Part shown: positions 36,418 through 45,925 of the stretch, piece by piece | Layout: each line of letters opens with the position of its first letter | Numbering within the stretch: the stretch's first letter is position 1 | From: a virus | Taxonomy: Duplodnaviria; Caudoviricetes | Virus record (IMG/VR): IMGVR_UViG_3300029171_000010 | Coordinates: 1 to 53,919 of that record | DNA length: 53,919 nt | Strand: one strand, 5' to 3' | Notes under the pieces: model-generated | What the model was told of the DNA's origin: nothing | Database searches by the model: none | What the model saw: only the letters and a program-made list of their open reading frames with translations | Program-made: the position numbers and the translations under genes

Positions 36418-38966
36418 GCGTACTCCAATTCTAAGAGGTCGAGTTCTATCATCAGCCGCTCACGCTCCATCTTCATGGCATCAGCCATCTCTATGGAGTC
36501 TGTCTCTGGGCTGTCTATATAAGCGGGCGGAAACTCCGCCGCGTAGATAGCTTTAAGGGCGCTCACGGGCAGTAAGCGTGGTTCTGCGGGGGTTGGGGTA
36601 AGGCTGGCGGCCATCAGTGGCCAGCGGGTTACTTCGTTCGTGTCACCGCGCCGGGTGCGCTTCACCAGATGCGGGGCGCTATCGCTACTCAGTTTCAAAG
36701 CGCCTTGTTTTACCATTTCGTTGATGGCGCTATAGTATTTGTGCGCTTTGTCGAGTTGCCCCTCTAACCAGATGCCCACATCATCACGCATAGCCTTTGT
36801 CCAGGTGCCAATAATCGGCACATCGGCGGTAGCTTCATCCTGTGCGTGGTGGTAGAGCATCGGGCGCTGCGTCCAAGCATCAAGCCAGAAATCAGTAGCT
36901 TTCGTGAAGTAATCACGCATTTGTGAGAGATCGGGGTTATCCGCATCACCAAAGCGCACGGCGTAGGCTCCGATCTTGCCTTCATCCAGCATCTTGACGG
37001 CATCGCCGATCACCACCCGTGGGGTGTCGTCATCATCTGCTTCGTAGCCGTCTTCGGCTCCGTCAAGCTCACTGATCTCCCACTCTACCCGCGCCCATTC
37101 GCTTTTGTCGGAAAGCTGTACGTCGCCGCTGTCAATCGTGTAGTTAATTTGGTAGGTTTCGCCGTCAATGTCCAGTACGGCGTACTCTGCGTAGACGGTA
37201 ATATCGCAATCTTCTTGCGCGGCTTTTTCGTCGCCGATCACCTCACAAATGGCATCACACACCAGATCGCATTGCGTTTGCAGATCAAGCGCCTTGATTT
37301 CAATTGTCAGGGGTTCATTGGCATCTATCGGCTTATCGTCATTCATGGGCGCGCCTGCATCCCTGAGCGCTCCTAATGTGCCGACTGCAAAACTAACGGC
37401 GCGCTTGAGGTGTTGCTCATCACTGGCACTATGGCGACGGCTGTATTTGATTTCATCCATGTCGGCATCCTTTGTGGCGCGTGGGGTTACGGTTTGACCT
37501 TTATTGAGTCGGGCACGCTCTTGCTGGCTTTCTTTGATGAGCGCTCGTGATTCGGCAAGCAGCGCAGCACGCAGTGTCGGATTGCCACGCGCTGCTTGCA
37601 GTTCAGTGTCAATCTGGCGTTGCCGCGCTTGGCGCTGTGCGTGGTTTTGTTCGGCAATGGCGATAGATTGTTGCCGTCGTTCGGTACTGCTTAACTTTTT
37701 TTCAATCGCCGCTTTACGCTTTTCAAGTTTGGCAACTTGTGGGCTGGCGGGTGGCTTTGTTGGTTTTGTTGGCGTTCGGGCGCTTGGTTTGTCAGGCGCG
37801 CTTGGCGGCGCACCCTTTTCCAGTCCCGCCTCTGGGCTGCGCTTGCCCGTCTTAGGATCGACCTTCCAGAGTCCGCCAATACCGCCGGATGGCTTCTTGC
37901 CTGCCCCACCTCCACCACCAGAACCACGCCCGCCGCCCATATTGGCAAACATCGCCCGATCTTGGGCGGATTGCTTAATTTCGTCCATCTTGGTTTCCCT
38001 TGTGGTAATCTCAATCCCGTTGCGCAATTCGCGGGTACGGCGGGTCGTGCGTGGCTTGTTCGTTTCGGCTTCGCGTTCGGCGTCCTTGATCATCTTGTCA
38101 ATGGCGCGCTGACGGGCTTGCGCTTCGCGTTCGAGGCGGGCACTCGCGTCTTGCAGGGCTGCCCGAAAGCCGCCCACGTTGCCCAACTCCAGCGCTGCCA
38201 GGGCGCGCCGTCCTTGATCAGTGGTATCGCCGTTGGCATCCAGTAAACCCAGATCGCGCATGCGCTCGTTCTCGGCTCCACCATTATCGCGACCTTGCTG
38301 TAAGGCGCTTACGTCATCCGGTTCCAGCCCAACACGGCGAGCGGTTTCGCTTGCGCGCTTGGCACGCTCCTCTAGCTTGGCTTGCTGCTTTTCGTCGGGT
38401 GTCGGTTTGTCTTTACCACTCCCACCCCCACCGCCGCCCTTGGGTTTTTCTTCCTCTGGCTTGGCTTCGGCGGGTGTCATCGCGTCCTTGGCACGGGCGG
38501 TAAGTTCCGCTACTCTGCCTGCATCGCCACCACTGGCCGCGTTGTAGGCTTGTCGTCCTGCGGTGTTCAGTACAATCGTGCCGTCTTTGAGCTTATCGGC
38601 CAGCCCTGCGGCAACCAATGCCTCACCTTGCGCCGCGTCGGGCTGCTGCCCCATTGCTAAGGTGTCCATGGCGGCGGCGTTCTCACCTAAGAGCTTGGCG
38701 CGGTTGGCTTGCGCTTCCTGACGGGCGACAGCTTCCTTTTCTTCCGCTGTTGGCTTGGCGCTCTTTGCGCGGCCTTTGCCTTTTTGTTTACCTTTGGCTT
38801 TGTACTTGCCCCAACGTGCCAGCGATGCGAGGCGGGCTACTTCAGAGCGCGTACGCTTGCCAGGGGTGCCGGTATTGGCGGGCGCACTGCCACCGGCAGT
38901 TTGCTTGGCGCGCTCCGCTTCGGCCATGTCGCCATCAGATTTTAGGAAGTGCATATGCATTGGCAA
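36414..38966 (-). CDS. Prohead protease with ~650-aa N-terminal extension
   Basis: C-terminal GAYAVRFG, LYHH, DDVGIWLEG, SSDS, ASLTPTPAEPR; start uncertain. Confidence 0.85.
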   Translation of the reverse strand: MPMHMHFLKSDGDMAEAERAKQTAGGSAPANTGTPGKRTRSEVARLASLARWGKYKAKGKQKGKGRAKSAKPTAEEKEAVARQEAQANRAKLLGENAAAMDTLAMGQQPDAAQGEALVAAGLADKLKDGTIVLNTAGRQAYNAASGGDAGRVAELTARAKDAMTPAEAKPEEEKPKGGGGGGSGKDKPTPDEKQQAKLEERAKRASETARRVGLEPDDVSALQQGRDNGGAENERMRDLGLLDANGDTTDQGRRALAALELGNVGGFRAALQDASARLEREAQARQRAIDKMIKDAEREAETNKPRTTRRTRELRNGIEITTRETKMDEIKQSAQDRAMFANMGGGRGSGGGGGAGKKPSGGIGGLWKVDPKTGKRSPEAGLEKGAPPSAPDKPSARTPTKPTKPPASPQVAKLEKRKAAIEKKLSSTERRQQSIAIAEQNHAQRQARQRQIDTELQAARGNPTLRAALLAESRALIKESQQERARLNKGQTVTPRATKDADMDEIKYSRRHSASDEQHLKRAVSFAVGTLGALRDAGAPMNDDKPIDANEPLTIEIKALDLQTQCDLVCDAICEVIGDEKAAQEDCDITVYAEYAVLDIDGETYQINYTIDSGDVQLSDKSEWARVEWEISELDGAEDGYEADDDDTPRVVIGDAVKMLDEGKIGAYAVRFGDADNPDLSQMRDYFTKATDFWLDAWTQRPMLYHHAQDEATADVPIIGTWTKAMRDDVGIWLEGQLDKAHKYYSAINEMVKQGALKLSSDSAPHLVKRTRRGDTNEVTRWPLMAASLTPTPAEPRLLPVSALKAIYAAEFPPAYIDSPETDSIEMADAMKMERERLMIELDLLELEYA

Positions 38967-39067
38967 AACAAAAGGGCGGTGATCCAGTGGATCACCGCCC
39001 GTAATAGGGTAGCGTAGGTTGTCAGACGGGGCTATCCCCGTTGCGTGTATTCTAGCATATCTGTCAA
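38967..39067 (-). promoter_or_regulatory. Short-spacer promoter, leader and terminator before the protease/capsid operon
   Basis: TTGACA-7-TAGAAT; CTGACAACCTACGCTACCC; 13-bp inverted repeat plus TTTTGTTTT. Confidence 0.75.
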
Positions 39068-39068
39068 C

Positions 39069-39233
39069 TTAACGCGCCTGTGTCGTATCCTTCAGTGGCA
39101 CGCAACTGATACCGCTCTGGTACGTCCAGCACACCACGCCGTAGTCCTGATCGATGTAGCGGCTTACGGTATCGGACGGCGGCACGCTACACCCCGCGAG
39201 AAGCAACAGAATCACTAGTAATAGTCTGATCAT
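39069..39233 (-). CDS. Small lipoprotein
   Basis: MIRLLLVILLLLAG-C lipobox. Confidence 0.7.
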   Translation of the reverse strand: MIRLLLVILLLLAGCSVPPSDTVSRYIDQDYGVVCWTYQSGISCVPLKDTTQAR

Positions 39234-39444
39234 ATACCCGCTCCCTTCGTCGTTCGTCGCGCCGTGGGTACGTTCGTTCGTAGCCGAGCGCATCTTCCAC
39301 CGCTCCCAACATCTGGATTGCTCCGGCCCTCACTTGATGGCGGTACGGCTCATCAATCAATGACAGACTCAATAATATCATACGCAACTGCTCGCGCTGG
39401 GTTACAAGGATGGCAATCGTTAGTGGATTGGTGGATTCGCTCAT
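39187..39444 (-). CDS. Hypothetical protein
   Basis: Coupled to upstream gene. Confidence 0.55.
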   Translation of the reverse strand: MSESTNPLTIAILVTQREQLRMILLSLSLIDEPYRHQVRAGAIQMLGAVEDALGYERTYPRRDERRRERVYDQTITSDSVASRGV

Positions 39445-39902
39445 AACCCCGCCTTCGTAATCGCTGCCTGTACCACTTCTTCGGCAATGTCGGCTGCTTT
39501 GCCACTGCTTTCTAACTGTTCGGCGACACTTTGATCGGTTGGCCAGTTGCCGCTATGGTAGGCTGCCTGCTGTTGCTTGCTCTGCACCAAGGCTGCATAC
39601 GGCGTGCTGTTACTCACCAGCGCCCCATTCGCCATCGGGTTCACTGTCCAATTACGGATCAGTTGCCCCGTGCGCCGATACGGCACGCTGATCTGGCCAC
39701 GTTTCAACGCGGCGAAGAAGAAGCGCCTACTCTGCGGGCTTTTGAATGGCTGCTTCTTGCGGCTGGCACTGGGCGCGGTGGCGAGCAAATTACGCGCTTC
39801 CTCACCCACCGCCACGCCAATCACTTGTGCAAGGTGTTGCGGGTTGACGGCTTCCAGGGCTGTCAGAGCTTCATCAAGGCCGGTTGTAGTGATGGTGATC
39901 AT
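39441..39902 (-). CDS. HK97 gp10 / Mu gpG-like morphogenesis protein
   Basis: ITITTTGLDE, YRRTGQL..NW, NSTPYAALV. Confidence 0.7.
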   Translation of the reverse strand: MITITTTGLDEALTALEAVNPQHLAQVIGVAVGEEARNLLATAPSASRKKQPFKSPQSRRFFFAALKRGQISVPYRRTGQLIRNWTVNPMANGALVSNSTPYAALVQSKQQQAAYHSGNWPTDQSVAEQLESSGKAADIAEEVVQAAITKAGL

Positions 39903-39905
39903 TGG

Positions 39906-42119
39906 TTATACCCTCGTTAGCGTTACCGCACATCTGCACCGTGGATGGGCTGGCGGTGGCTCGTCCCAGCCTTCGCCTTGTCGTGCGCCGTTGCGTGGTA
40001 CGCAGATAGCACATGTGATTTCGTCTGCATTGGTGCGCCAGATCATTACCGTGTTGATACCATTGGCGCGTAGGTAGTTCTGGCTGGCAACCGTAGCTTG
40101 CGCACGCGCCCGTGTCAATTCCGTTGTGGCGATCATTTCGGCACGCGCCCGCCCGAACGCTGGGGCTAATCGTTCTGCTGCTTGTGCAAGTGTCAGCGGC
40201 GTGGTACGTACTTCGGTGATTACCTGCTGCACCATCTCACGGGTGGTATCGGTAAGCCCGCTAATCAGTTCTGGCGTGTACTGGTTTGCCCATGTCGTCG
40301 CGTCGGTACGTACTTGGGTTGCATCAAACGTGACATTCATCTCACCTGCAATCGCCAGCGCCCGCTGGGTGTAATGATCAACAATCGCCCGACGAAGTAC
40401 GGTTTCCAGATCGGCTTCGAGGGCAGCAAGGTTGGGTGTGTTCCCTGCGGCAACGCTTGCTTCAATCGCGTCAGCGTGTCGCGCAAACACACGGCCAAGC
40501 TCAACCATCAACCGCATTTCGTCGGGCGTTAGATTCTCTTTTTTTTTAAACGCATCGCGCACCGCCTCAATCGTCGTCGCTTCGTCAAGGAGTATCTTGA
40601 TCGCGGCGTACTCATCAGCGGGGATAGCGTCACTGACAAACGCCACGCTTGCCCGCTTGCCGCGCTTGAGGGCGTTGACGGCTTTGGCTTGCCAGCGTGC
40701 AAGATCGAGCGCCTTCGCTTCATCCGGTGCGTCCAGTGCGTCGGGATCGGGTGCCAGTTGATCCGCGTCGGTTGGGTTCGATCCATCCTCTGGCAGCGTG
40801 GCCGGTGGTAGACTACTCGGATCGGTAGGCGGCTCTTCTTCCATACCACCACCCTTGCCCACTTCGGCGATCAGCAGTTTGCCGCGTTCGTCACCAATCG
40901 GCTCCATCTTCCAATACTTCTTGCGGATTTCGTCAACCGTCAACGTGGCCTGGGCAGCACTTAGTTCTTGCAATTCTAACTGGCGATTGCGCGGGCGAAT
41001 ATCACTAAACTGGGCGCGGTACTGCTTGCCGTACCATACGGGGATGGTTTGTGCGTTCAAATCTTCTGCCAGCATGACCAGATGCGGCCACACCGCATTC
41101 TCAATCATGCGCGCAGCGGCCCCCTCCGCATTGGCACGGCTGGCCTTGTCGCTCCAGTAACCTTCCGGGAATCCGAATGCCCGATCAATCTCTTCCCGAC
41201 TGAATCGCCGCCCCTCCAGGAATTCCATGTCCTTTTGGCTGCGATCAAACGGCTTCCAGTCCATGTCCCCCGCGCGCGCCACACCCACGCGGCGATTATT
41301 GGCACCGCCAAAGAACTCCATAATCTCCATACGCACCCGCGCTAAGTCGGGATCAAGCATATCCTTTGGTACGAGGATCAGCCCGGTCGGGGCGGCATTC
41401 TCTTTCGCGAAAAACTGTTTATTCCATCGTCGCATGGCTAAGTCGGCCTCAATTGCATCGAAGATCGCCGCTAACGGTGAGAGTCCATCGCGCAAATCGA
41501 ACGGATGCACAAGGCGCGAATAGGTAACATACTTGTTTTCAATGCGAATCGGCTTGGTGGTTGGCGTTGGCCGAAACTCATAGCCGTCAATGAACTTGGT
41601 CGGATGAGGAATGGGCGTGAGCATCCAACTCGGCAGCGGCCAGCACTCCGCAATACCGTCACCACCTGGCACCCAAAACAGCGCCGCTTTGCCACTGAGT
41701 AGTAGATTGAATATCCAGAACTTCATCAGATACGAACGCCCCATGAACGGGTTGGGCGCTTCCCAGAGCACTTCAAGCGGGTGATTCACCACTTCCCGAT
41801 CTTCTTCTTTGCCCGCGCTGCGCTCCATGACTTCGAGCATGCTGACACTGGCCTCATTCGCAACGGCGTTGATGTCGGCAAACACCCACGAGCTTGTCAG
41901 CGCTGTCTTGGCACGCTCCTGATCTTTAGCGTTCTGGTTGTTGCCGCCATTGCCGTACTGCTGCTGCCACTGCTCGTACCCAGGAAACACAATTGGGCCA
42001 CTACTGTAGCTCTGTTGTGGTGGCGGGTACAGGCTGGCAGGGTTGGGCGCGGCCTTCCATGTGGCGCGTGTTTCTGCGAAGCCGTGCGATATGCGTTGTA
42101 TCCACGAGGTTCCGTTCAT
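39906..42119 (-). CDS. Portal protein fused to MuF (SPP1 gp7-like) minor head domain
   Basis: PNPFM, GLSPL, DMEFLE, TVDEIR; C-terminal RAEMIATTE, CAIC, PPAHPRCRC. Confidence 0.92.
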   Translation of the reverse strand: MNGTSWIQRISHGFAETRATWKAAPNPASLYPPPQQSYSSGPIVFPGYEQWQQQYGNGGNNQNAKDQERAKTALTSSWVFADINAVANEASVSMLEVMERSAGKEEDREVVNHPLEVLWEAPNPFMGRSYLMKFWIFNLLLSGKAALFWVPGGDGIAECWPLPSWMLTPIPHPTKFIDGYEFRPTPTTKPIRIENKYVTYSRLVHPFDLRDGLSPLAAIFDAIEADLAMRRWNKQFFAKENAAPTGLILVPKDMLDPDLARVRMEIMEFFGGANNRRVGVARAGDMDWKPFDRSQKDMEFLEGRRFSREEIDRAFGFPEGYWSDKASRANAEGAAARMIENAVWPHLVMLAEDLNAQTIPVWYGKQYRAQFSDIRPRNRQLELQELSAAQATLTVDEIRKKYWKMEPIGDERGKLLIAEVGKGGGMEEEPPTDPSSLPPATLPEDGSNPTDADQLAPDPDALDAPDEAKALDLARWQAKAVNALKRGKRASVAFVSDAIPADEYAAIKILLDEATTIEAVRDAFKKKENLTPDEMRLMVELGRVFARHADAIEASVAAGNTPNLAALEADLETVLRRAIVDHYTQRALAIAGEMNVTFDATQVRTDATTWANQYTPELISGLTDTTREMVQQVITEVRTTPLTLAQAAERLAPAFGRARAEMIATTELTRARAQATVASQNYLRANGINTVMIWRTNADEITCAICVPRNGARQGEGWDEPPPAHPRCRCAVTLTRV

Positions 42120-42238
42120 AGTCCTGCCTTATACCCTTCCAAGAATGCCGCCCAGAGCCAGAGCACCATTGCGGCGGCCTTGCCTGCCAGATAGCCCACA
42201 GCGTACAGCATGGCGGCGATAACGTAGGCAACATACAT
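42116..42238 (-). CDS. 40-aa hydrophobic peptide between TerL and portal
   Basis: TGATG and ATGA coupling; MYVAYVIAAMLYAVGYLAG... Confidence 0.55.
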   Translation of the reverse strand: MYVAYVIAAMLYAVGYLAGKAAAMVLWLWAAFLEGYKAGL

Positions 42239-43524
42239 CATCCAAATGCTCCTACGGCGCTGCTGGCGCGTCCCATGCCACTCCATGCCAGTGCTAAACT
42301 CATCACACAGTCGTCATGCATGCCGTCAGGTGCGCTGTAGCGGGTTAGCCCTGATGGCAATATCTGACTTTCGTAGGCTTCTAACTCACTAATCAATACC
42401 GCGTTATCAGGTATCGTGATCTGGCGTCGCTCGAATGCCAGTGATAACGCCTCAATAATGGCTGCCTTCGTGGCATTGGTTGTAGCAAATGGACGCACCC
42501 GCAACCCTTCTCGCGCTAACTGCTCAATAATTGGCTGCCCCATGCTGTTACTTTCGGCGATGATTGCGCCCTGCCCCCAGCGCTCCCAGAGCGCCCGCAA
42601 GCGATTGCGTTGTACGGTATAGTCAACAAGGTTGCTGCGATCAACAGCCACAACCCGCCCCGTTAGGGCATCAATCACGGTAAAGACGGTATAGTCCTGT
42701 GAGCGCCCCCAATCTGCGCCAATGATGTACTGTCCGTGTTCTGGCATACTGTATGGCTCGGTCGTCACACACGCCCGCACTCCGCGAAACACCCCGCCAC
42801 CATCCTCGACAAACTCGGCTAAGATTTCTTGGCGAAACACCCGATCCGGCATGGTTTGCCACAGGTGTTCAACCTCGGCAAATGGAATATGCGGGTTTTC
42901 CAATGGATGAGCGCAGCGTTCAATGCCATCTATCGTTATCTTGACACCCAATGTTGGTGCCTGAAATGCAATACTATCGGGCGCATCGCCGTCGTTGGCA
43001 CGTTTCCATTCCTGCCAGTACCAATTGCGTCCTTTGGGGCTGCCAATCGCCAGAAGCCAGCCGTTCGTATCCATCAGCATAGGTCGTAGCACTTCGCTCC
43101 AAGCGACTGCACTAATGTCGGCGGCTTCGTCTAACACAATGCCGTTAGCAGTTTTAGATCGCACATTATCCGGATCATCTAGCGAACGAAACAATACCGA
43201 TCCACGCCCTAAGCTCATCGTCATGCGACTTTGGTTAAATGTCGCAATGCGTCGGGCGGCGCGCTGGTATTCCTCCCACGCGGTGAATACCTGATCGTAC
43301 GTCGGCGCGCCCCATACTACGGTGCCACCCGCAAACACCGATTCAAACACCGGATGTAGCGCCATCGTGGTTTTACGCCAACGCCGCCCCGCTGCAAGCC
43401 ACGTAAAGCGTTTGCGGTGGTTCAGGACGTGTTGCTGGCCGCGATGTGGCCATGGCAACTTAATCGTTGGCTTGTTCGCGCCAGTTGTTGACGAACTCGA
43501 CGGCAATGCTACCCCGATGCTCAT
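42238..43524 (-). CDS. terL: Terminase large subunit
   Basis: GRRWRKT, VLDEAA, GSPKG, IGADWG, HDDCVMSLA. Confidence 0.95.
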   Translation of the reverse strand: MSIGVALPSSSSTTGANKPTIKLPWPHRGQQHVLNHRKRFTWLAAGRRWRKTTMALHPVFESVFAGGTVVWGAPTYDQVFTAWEEYQRAARRIATFNQSRMTMSLGRGSVLFRSLDDPDNVRSKTANGIVLDEAADISAVAWSEVLRPMLMDTNGWLLAIGSPKGRNWYWQEWKRANDGDAPDSIAFQAPTLGVKITIDGIERCAHPLENPHIPFAEVEHLWQTMPDRVFRQEILAEFVEDGGGVFRGVRACVTTEPYSMPEHGQYIIGADWGRSQDYTVFTVIDALTGRVVAVDRSNLVDYTVQRNRLRALWERWGQGAIIAESNSMGQPIIEQLAREGLRVRPFATTNATKAAIIEALSLAFERRQITIPDNAVLISELEAYESQILPSGLTRYSAPDGMHDDCVMSLALAWSGMGRASSAVGAFG

Positions 43525-43912
43525 GATCTACCTTTTCACGATACTTTTCTGGTTTATGTGCTTTCAGTAACGTAACAAGAAGCGTGTCACTGTATCGCTT
43601 GACGTATGTGATAATTCCGTCTTTGTCTCGCTCTTTTCGCCCAATGATTGGCTCTTTCGTTCCTTCGACTGCCCGCCGCCATGCTTCGGCTTCAAGTGTT
43701 TCGATTGCTTGTTCAATTGCCTGATCCCACTTAGCGGCAAACTCAGAATCTTGCTCTCGCCAACCATATGGCGTGGTACGATCAATGGCGGCTGCTCGTG
43801 CTGCCATGGATATGTTGGCGGTTTGCGATAACACTTCCAAAAATCGCGCACGCGCATGTTCGGGTGTTGTTTTTGTTGATGCTCTTGGCATGTTAACTAC
43901 CTTTGGTTTCAT
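43460..43912 (-). CDS. terS: Terminase small subunit
   Basis: ANISMAARAAAIDRTTPY HTH, LEAEAWRRA, YSDTLL..LLKAHKPEKY; start may be 43891. Confidence 0.88.
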   Translation of the reverse strand: MKPKVVNMPRASTKTTPEHARARFLEVLSQTANISMAARAAAIDRTTPYGWREQDSEFAAKWDQAIEQAIETLEAEAWRRAVEGTKEPIIGRKERDKDGIITYVKRYSDTLLVTLLKAHKPEKYREKVDHEHRGSIAVEFVNNWREQAND

Positions 43913-44226
43913 CCCCCCGGCATTTGCCGAACCATAAACTGGCCAACAAATGCCGCATTCAATGCGCCGGTTCCGTTATAGCCGTATGTCCATACCCCAT
44001 ACGTTCCTACAGGAATGGGGTTCAGATCGAAGTAGTAACTACCTGCCACTGCTCGCGTTAGTGAACCACTGGCATAATCGTAGCGCACAGTGCCAGGCAC
44101 CACCGCGCCGAACTGTGCAGGCGGCACGATGTGCAGAAAAATGCTGGTAGGATCGGTCATTGCGCCTGCGACATTGACGAACGTGCCAATCAGGCGGATT
44201 GGATCGCCCGCGTCATAACTATTCAT
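43909..44226 (-). CDS. Small Ig-like putative virion protein
   Basis: DPT, GSYY, G.WTY pattern; GGAGG RBS. Confidence 0.55.
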   Translation of the reverse strand: MNSYDAGDPIRLIGTFVNVAGAMTDPTSIFLHIVPPAQFGAVVPGTVRYDYASGSLTRAVAGSYYFDLNPIPVGTYGVWTYGYNGTGALNAAFVGQFMVRQMPGG

Positions 44227-44452
44227 CGCTACTCCCTCCACCGCTTAGGGCGCTGTCCCCGATCCCGCCACTGGATAACCCACTCTCGCCACTGCCACCA
44301 CCAGACAAGCTGCTGTCACCGATACCGCCCGCACTAAGGAGATAATCGCTGATGCCACCCTGCGACAAAGCCAGCGTGTAGCCGCCCGCCCGCCCGCGAG
44401 TGTCCACGGTCGGCGGGGCAGCAATACCATAGCCTTGTAACAGTAAGAGCAT
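44219..44452 (-). CDS. Small Gly/Ser-repeat protein
   Basis: Five LSxGG[I/S]x[D/E] units. Confidence 0.55.
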   Translation of the reverse strand: MLLLLQGYGIAAPPTVDTRGRAGGYTLALSQGGISDYLLSAGGIGDSSLSGGGSGESGLSSGGIGDSALSGGGSSDE

Positions 44453-44453
44453 C

Positions 44454-44654
44454 CTAGTTCCCTAGTCGATCAGCGTACAACACGGGTACACCCTGATCGG
44501 GATACGTGCAAATAAACAATGTCTGCGTAGATCGGCAGGCAGGACACGACGCAGCCGTGTCAAGCGTAGAATAGGTCGGCTGCGTCGCATCAACGATGGC
44601 TCGGTAACGATACCCGCATTGCCCGCACGCAATCACAATCTCATTTTCTAACAT
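44454..44654 (-). CDS. Small Zn-ribbon protein
   Basis: CGQC...CPAC. Confidence 0.55.
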   Translation of the reverse strand: MLENEIVIACGQCGYRYRAIVDATQPTYSTLDTAASCPACRSTQTLFICTYPDQGVPVLYADRLGN

Positions 44655-45199
44655 GATTGCCCCCGCTTAATCAGTGTCGCCTGCACGTCGTTAATCACAT
44701 TGATGTAATGGCGCATCATCATTTGGCGGTATTCCTCATTGCGCGTCGTAAGTTGCGCCTCAATTGCATAGCCAAAGGTAGTATCAAAGTCGCACGTTAC
44801 CGCATAGTGATCGAGTTGGTTGGCATCGCGCCATGCTTTGTTCAGATATAAGAAACTCACATCGCTAATCGCCCGGCGGTGCGTTGGGTCTTGCCATGCG
44901 CGGGTACTGGCGTGCCACGGCGCAATAATCGTGATCTGCCCGCCGGGTGCGAGGATGCGATACACTTCATCAAAGAACGCAAAGAATGCTTCTTTGTTTC
45001 GCCCGTCGTGCGTAATAAACTGCATGGGAATATGCTCGATATAATGCGAGCAAAACGCCACTTCCACGCTTCCGGTTTCAATCGGCCATGGATAGACATT
45101 GAGATCATGCACGATGTCCACGCCGGGCACGTCTGCCCAGTCGATCCCGGTATAGCCGTCCTGCTTCCTTTGCCCACAGGCAATGTCGAGTTTCACCAC
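44648..45199 (-). CDS. Class I SAM methyltransferase
   Basis: LDIACG, HYIEH, EVYRILAPGG, DPTH. Confidence 0.88.
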   Translation of the reverse strand: MVKLDIACGQRKQDGYTGIDWADVPGVDIVHDLNVYPWPIETGSVEVAFCSHYIEHIPMQFITHDGRNKEAFFAFFDEVYRILAPGGQITIIAPWHASTRAWQDPTHRRAISDVSFLYLNKAWRDANQLDHYAVTCDFDTTFGYAIEAQLTTRNEEYRQMMMRHYINVINDVQATLIKRGQSC

Positions 45200-45912
45200 G
45201 TCACCCCGCTATTCAAATCATAATGGCCAACTAACACCCGCGTATCACAGGCAAAGGTATGCCCCCACTTACCTGCGTCCTCGAAGAAATACAAATCCTG
45301 GGTAAACGCCCGCGCCCCCACGCCGGGGGTATACGATTGTTCCGTCTTAAACCACGGTGTGCGCAAGCGCTGATCCTTAAACATGTCCATCCGGAACAAG
45401 GTGAACCCCATACCCAGCCCGTTGCAGCGCTGCACGCTCTCTGGAATCGGCAGTTGCGGGCGGAAGTTGAGCGGTAGCTCGTTCGGGTTGCCGTAGATCA
45501 TCGGCTGCCCACCCTCACCCTTCGTCCAGTACAACCCACCAACGGCGCTGTATTTGTTGCCGTCAACCTTGCCTTCGATAGCCTCAAACAACTTCAGCAA
45601 CCCATCAGGCGGCGGGGTGTTATCTTCCTCAAGCGTCAAAATGTACTTCCAGGTGGAAAGCTCCGCACTGGCGAGAATCTGACTAATCGCGGTACTATAC
45701 GCTTCGCCTACTTCCATCCCTTCCACGATCACCCGCGTAAACTTTTGGTTCATCGGTGACATTAACCCAAACCAGCTATTCAGCACATGCGCGCACACCG
45801 TGCCGCGTGTCGGGATGATGCACACGGTGGATAAGTCCTGATACGTGCGGCTCTTGATGAGCCGTGAGCGGCTTACGTCTAAGCGCTCGTTATGCCGTCC
45901 TACTGCTGACAC
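45193..45912 (-). CDS. GT-A fold glycosyltransferase-like protein
   Basis: IIPTRG, LEED, GMGFTL, QDLYF, CDTRVLVGH. Confidence 0.8.
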   Translation of the reverse strand: MSAVGRHNERLDVSRSRLIKSRTYQDLSTVCIIPTRGTVCAHVLNSWFGLMSPMNQKFTRVIVEGMEVGEAYSTAISQILASAELSTWKYILTLEEDNTPPPDGLLKLFEAIEGKVDGNKYSAVGGLYWTKGEGGQPMIYGNPNELPLNFRPQLPIPESVQRCNGLGMGFTLFRMDMFKDQRLRTPWFKTEQSYTPGVGARAFTQDLYFFEDAGKWGHTFACDTRVLVGHYDLNSGVTW

Positions 45913-45925
45913 AAACCCGCTCCTT

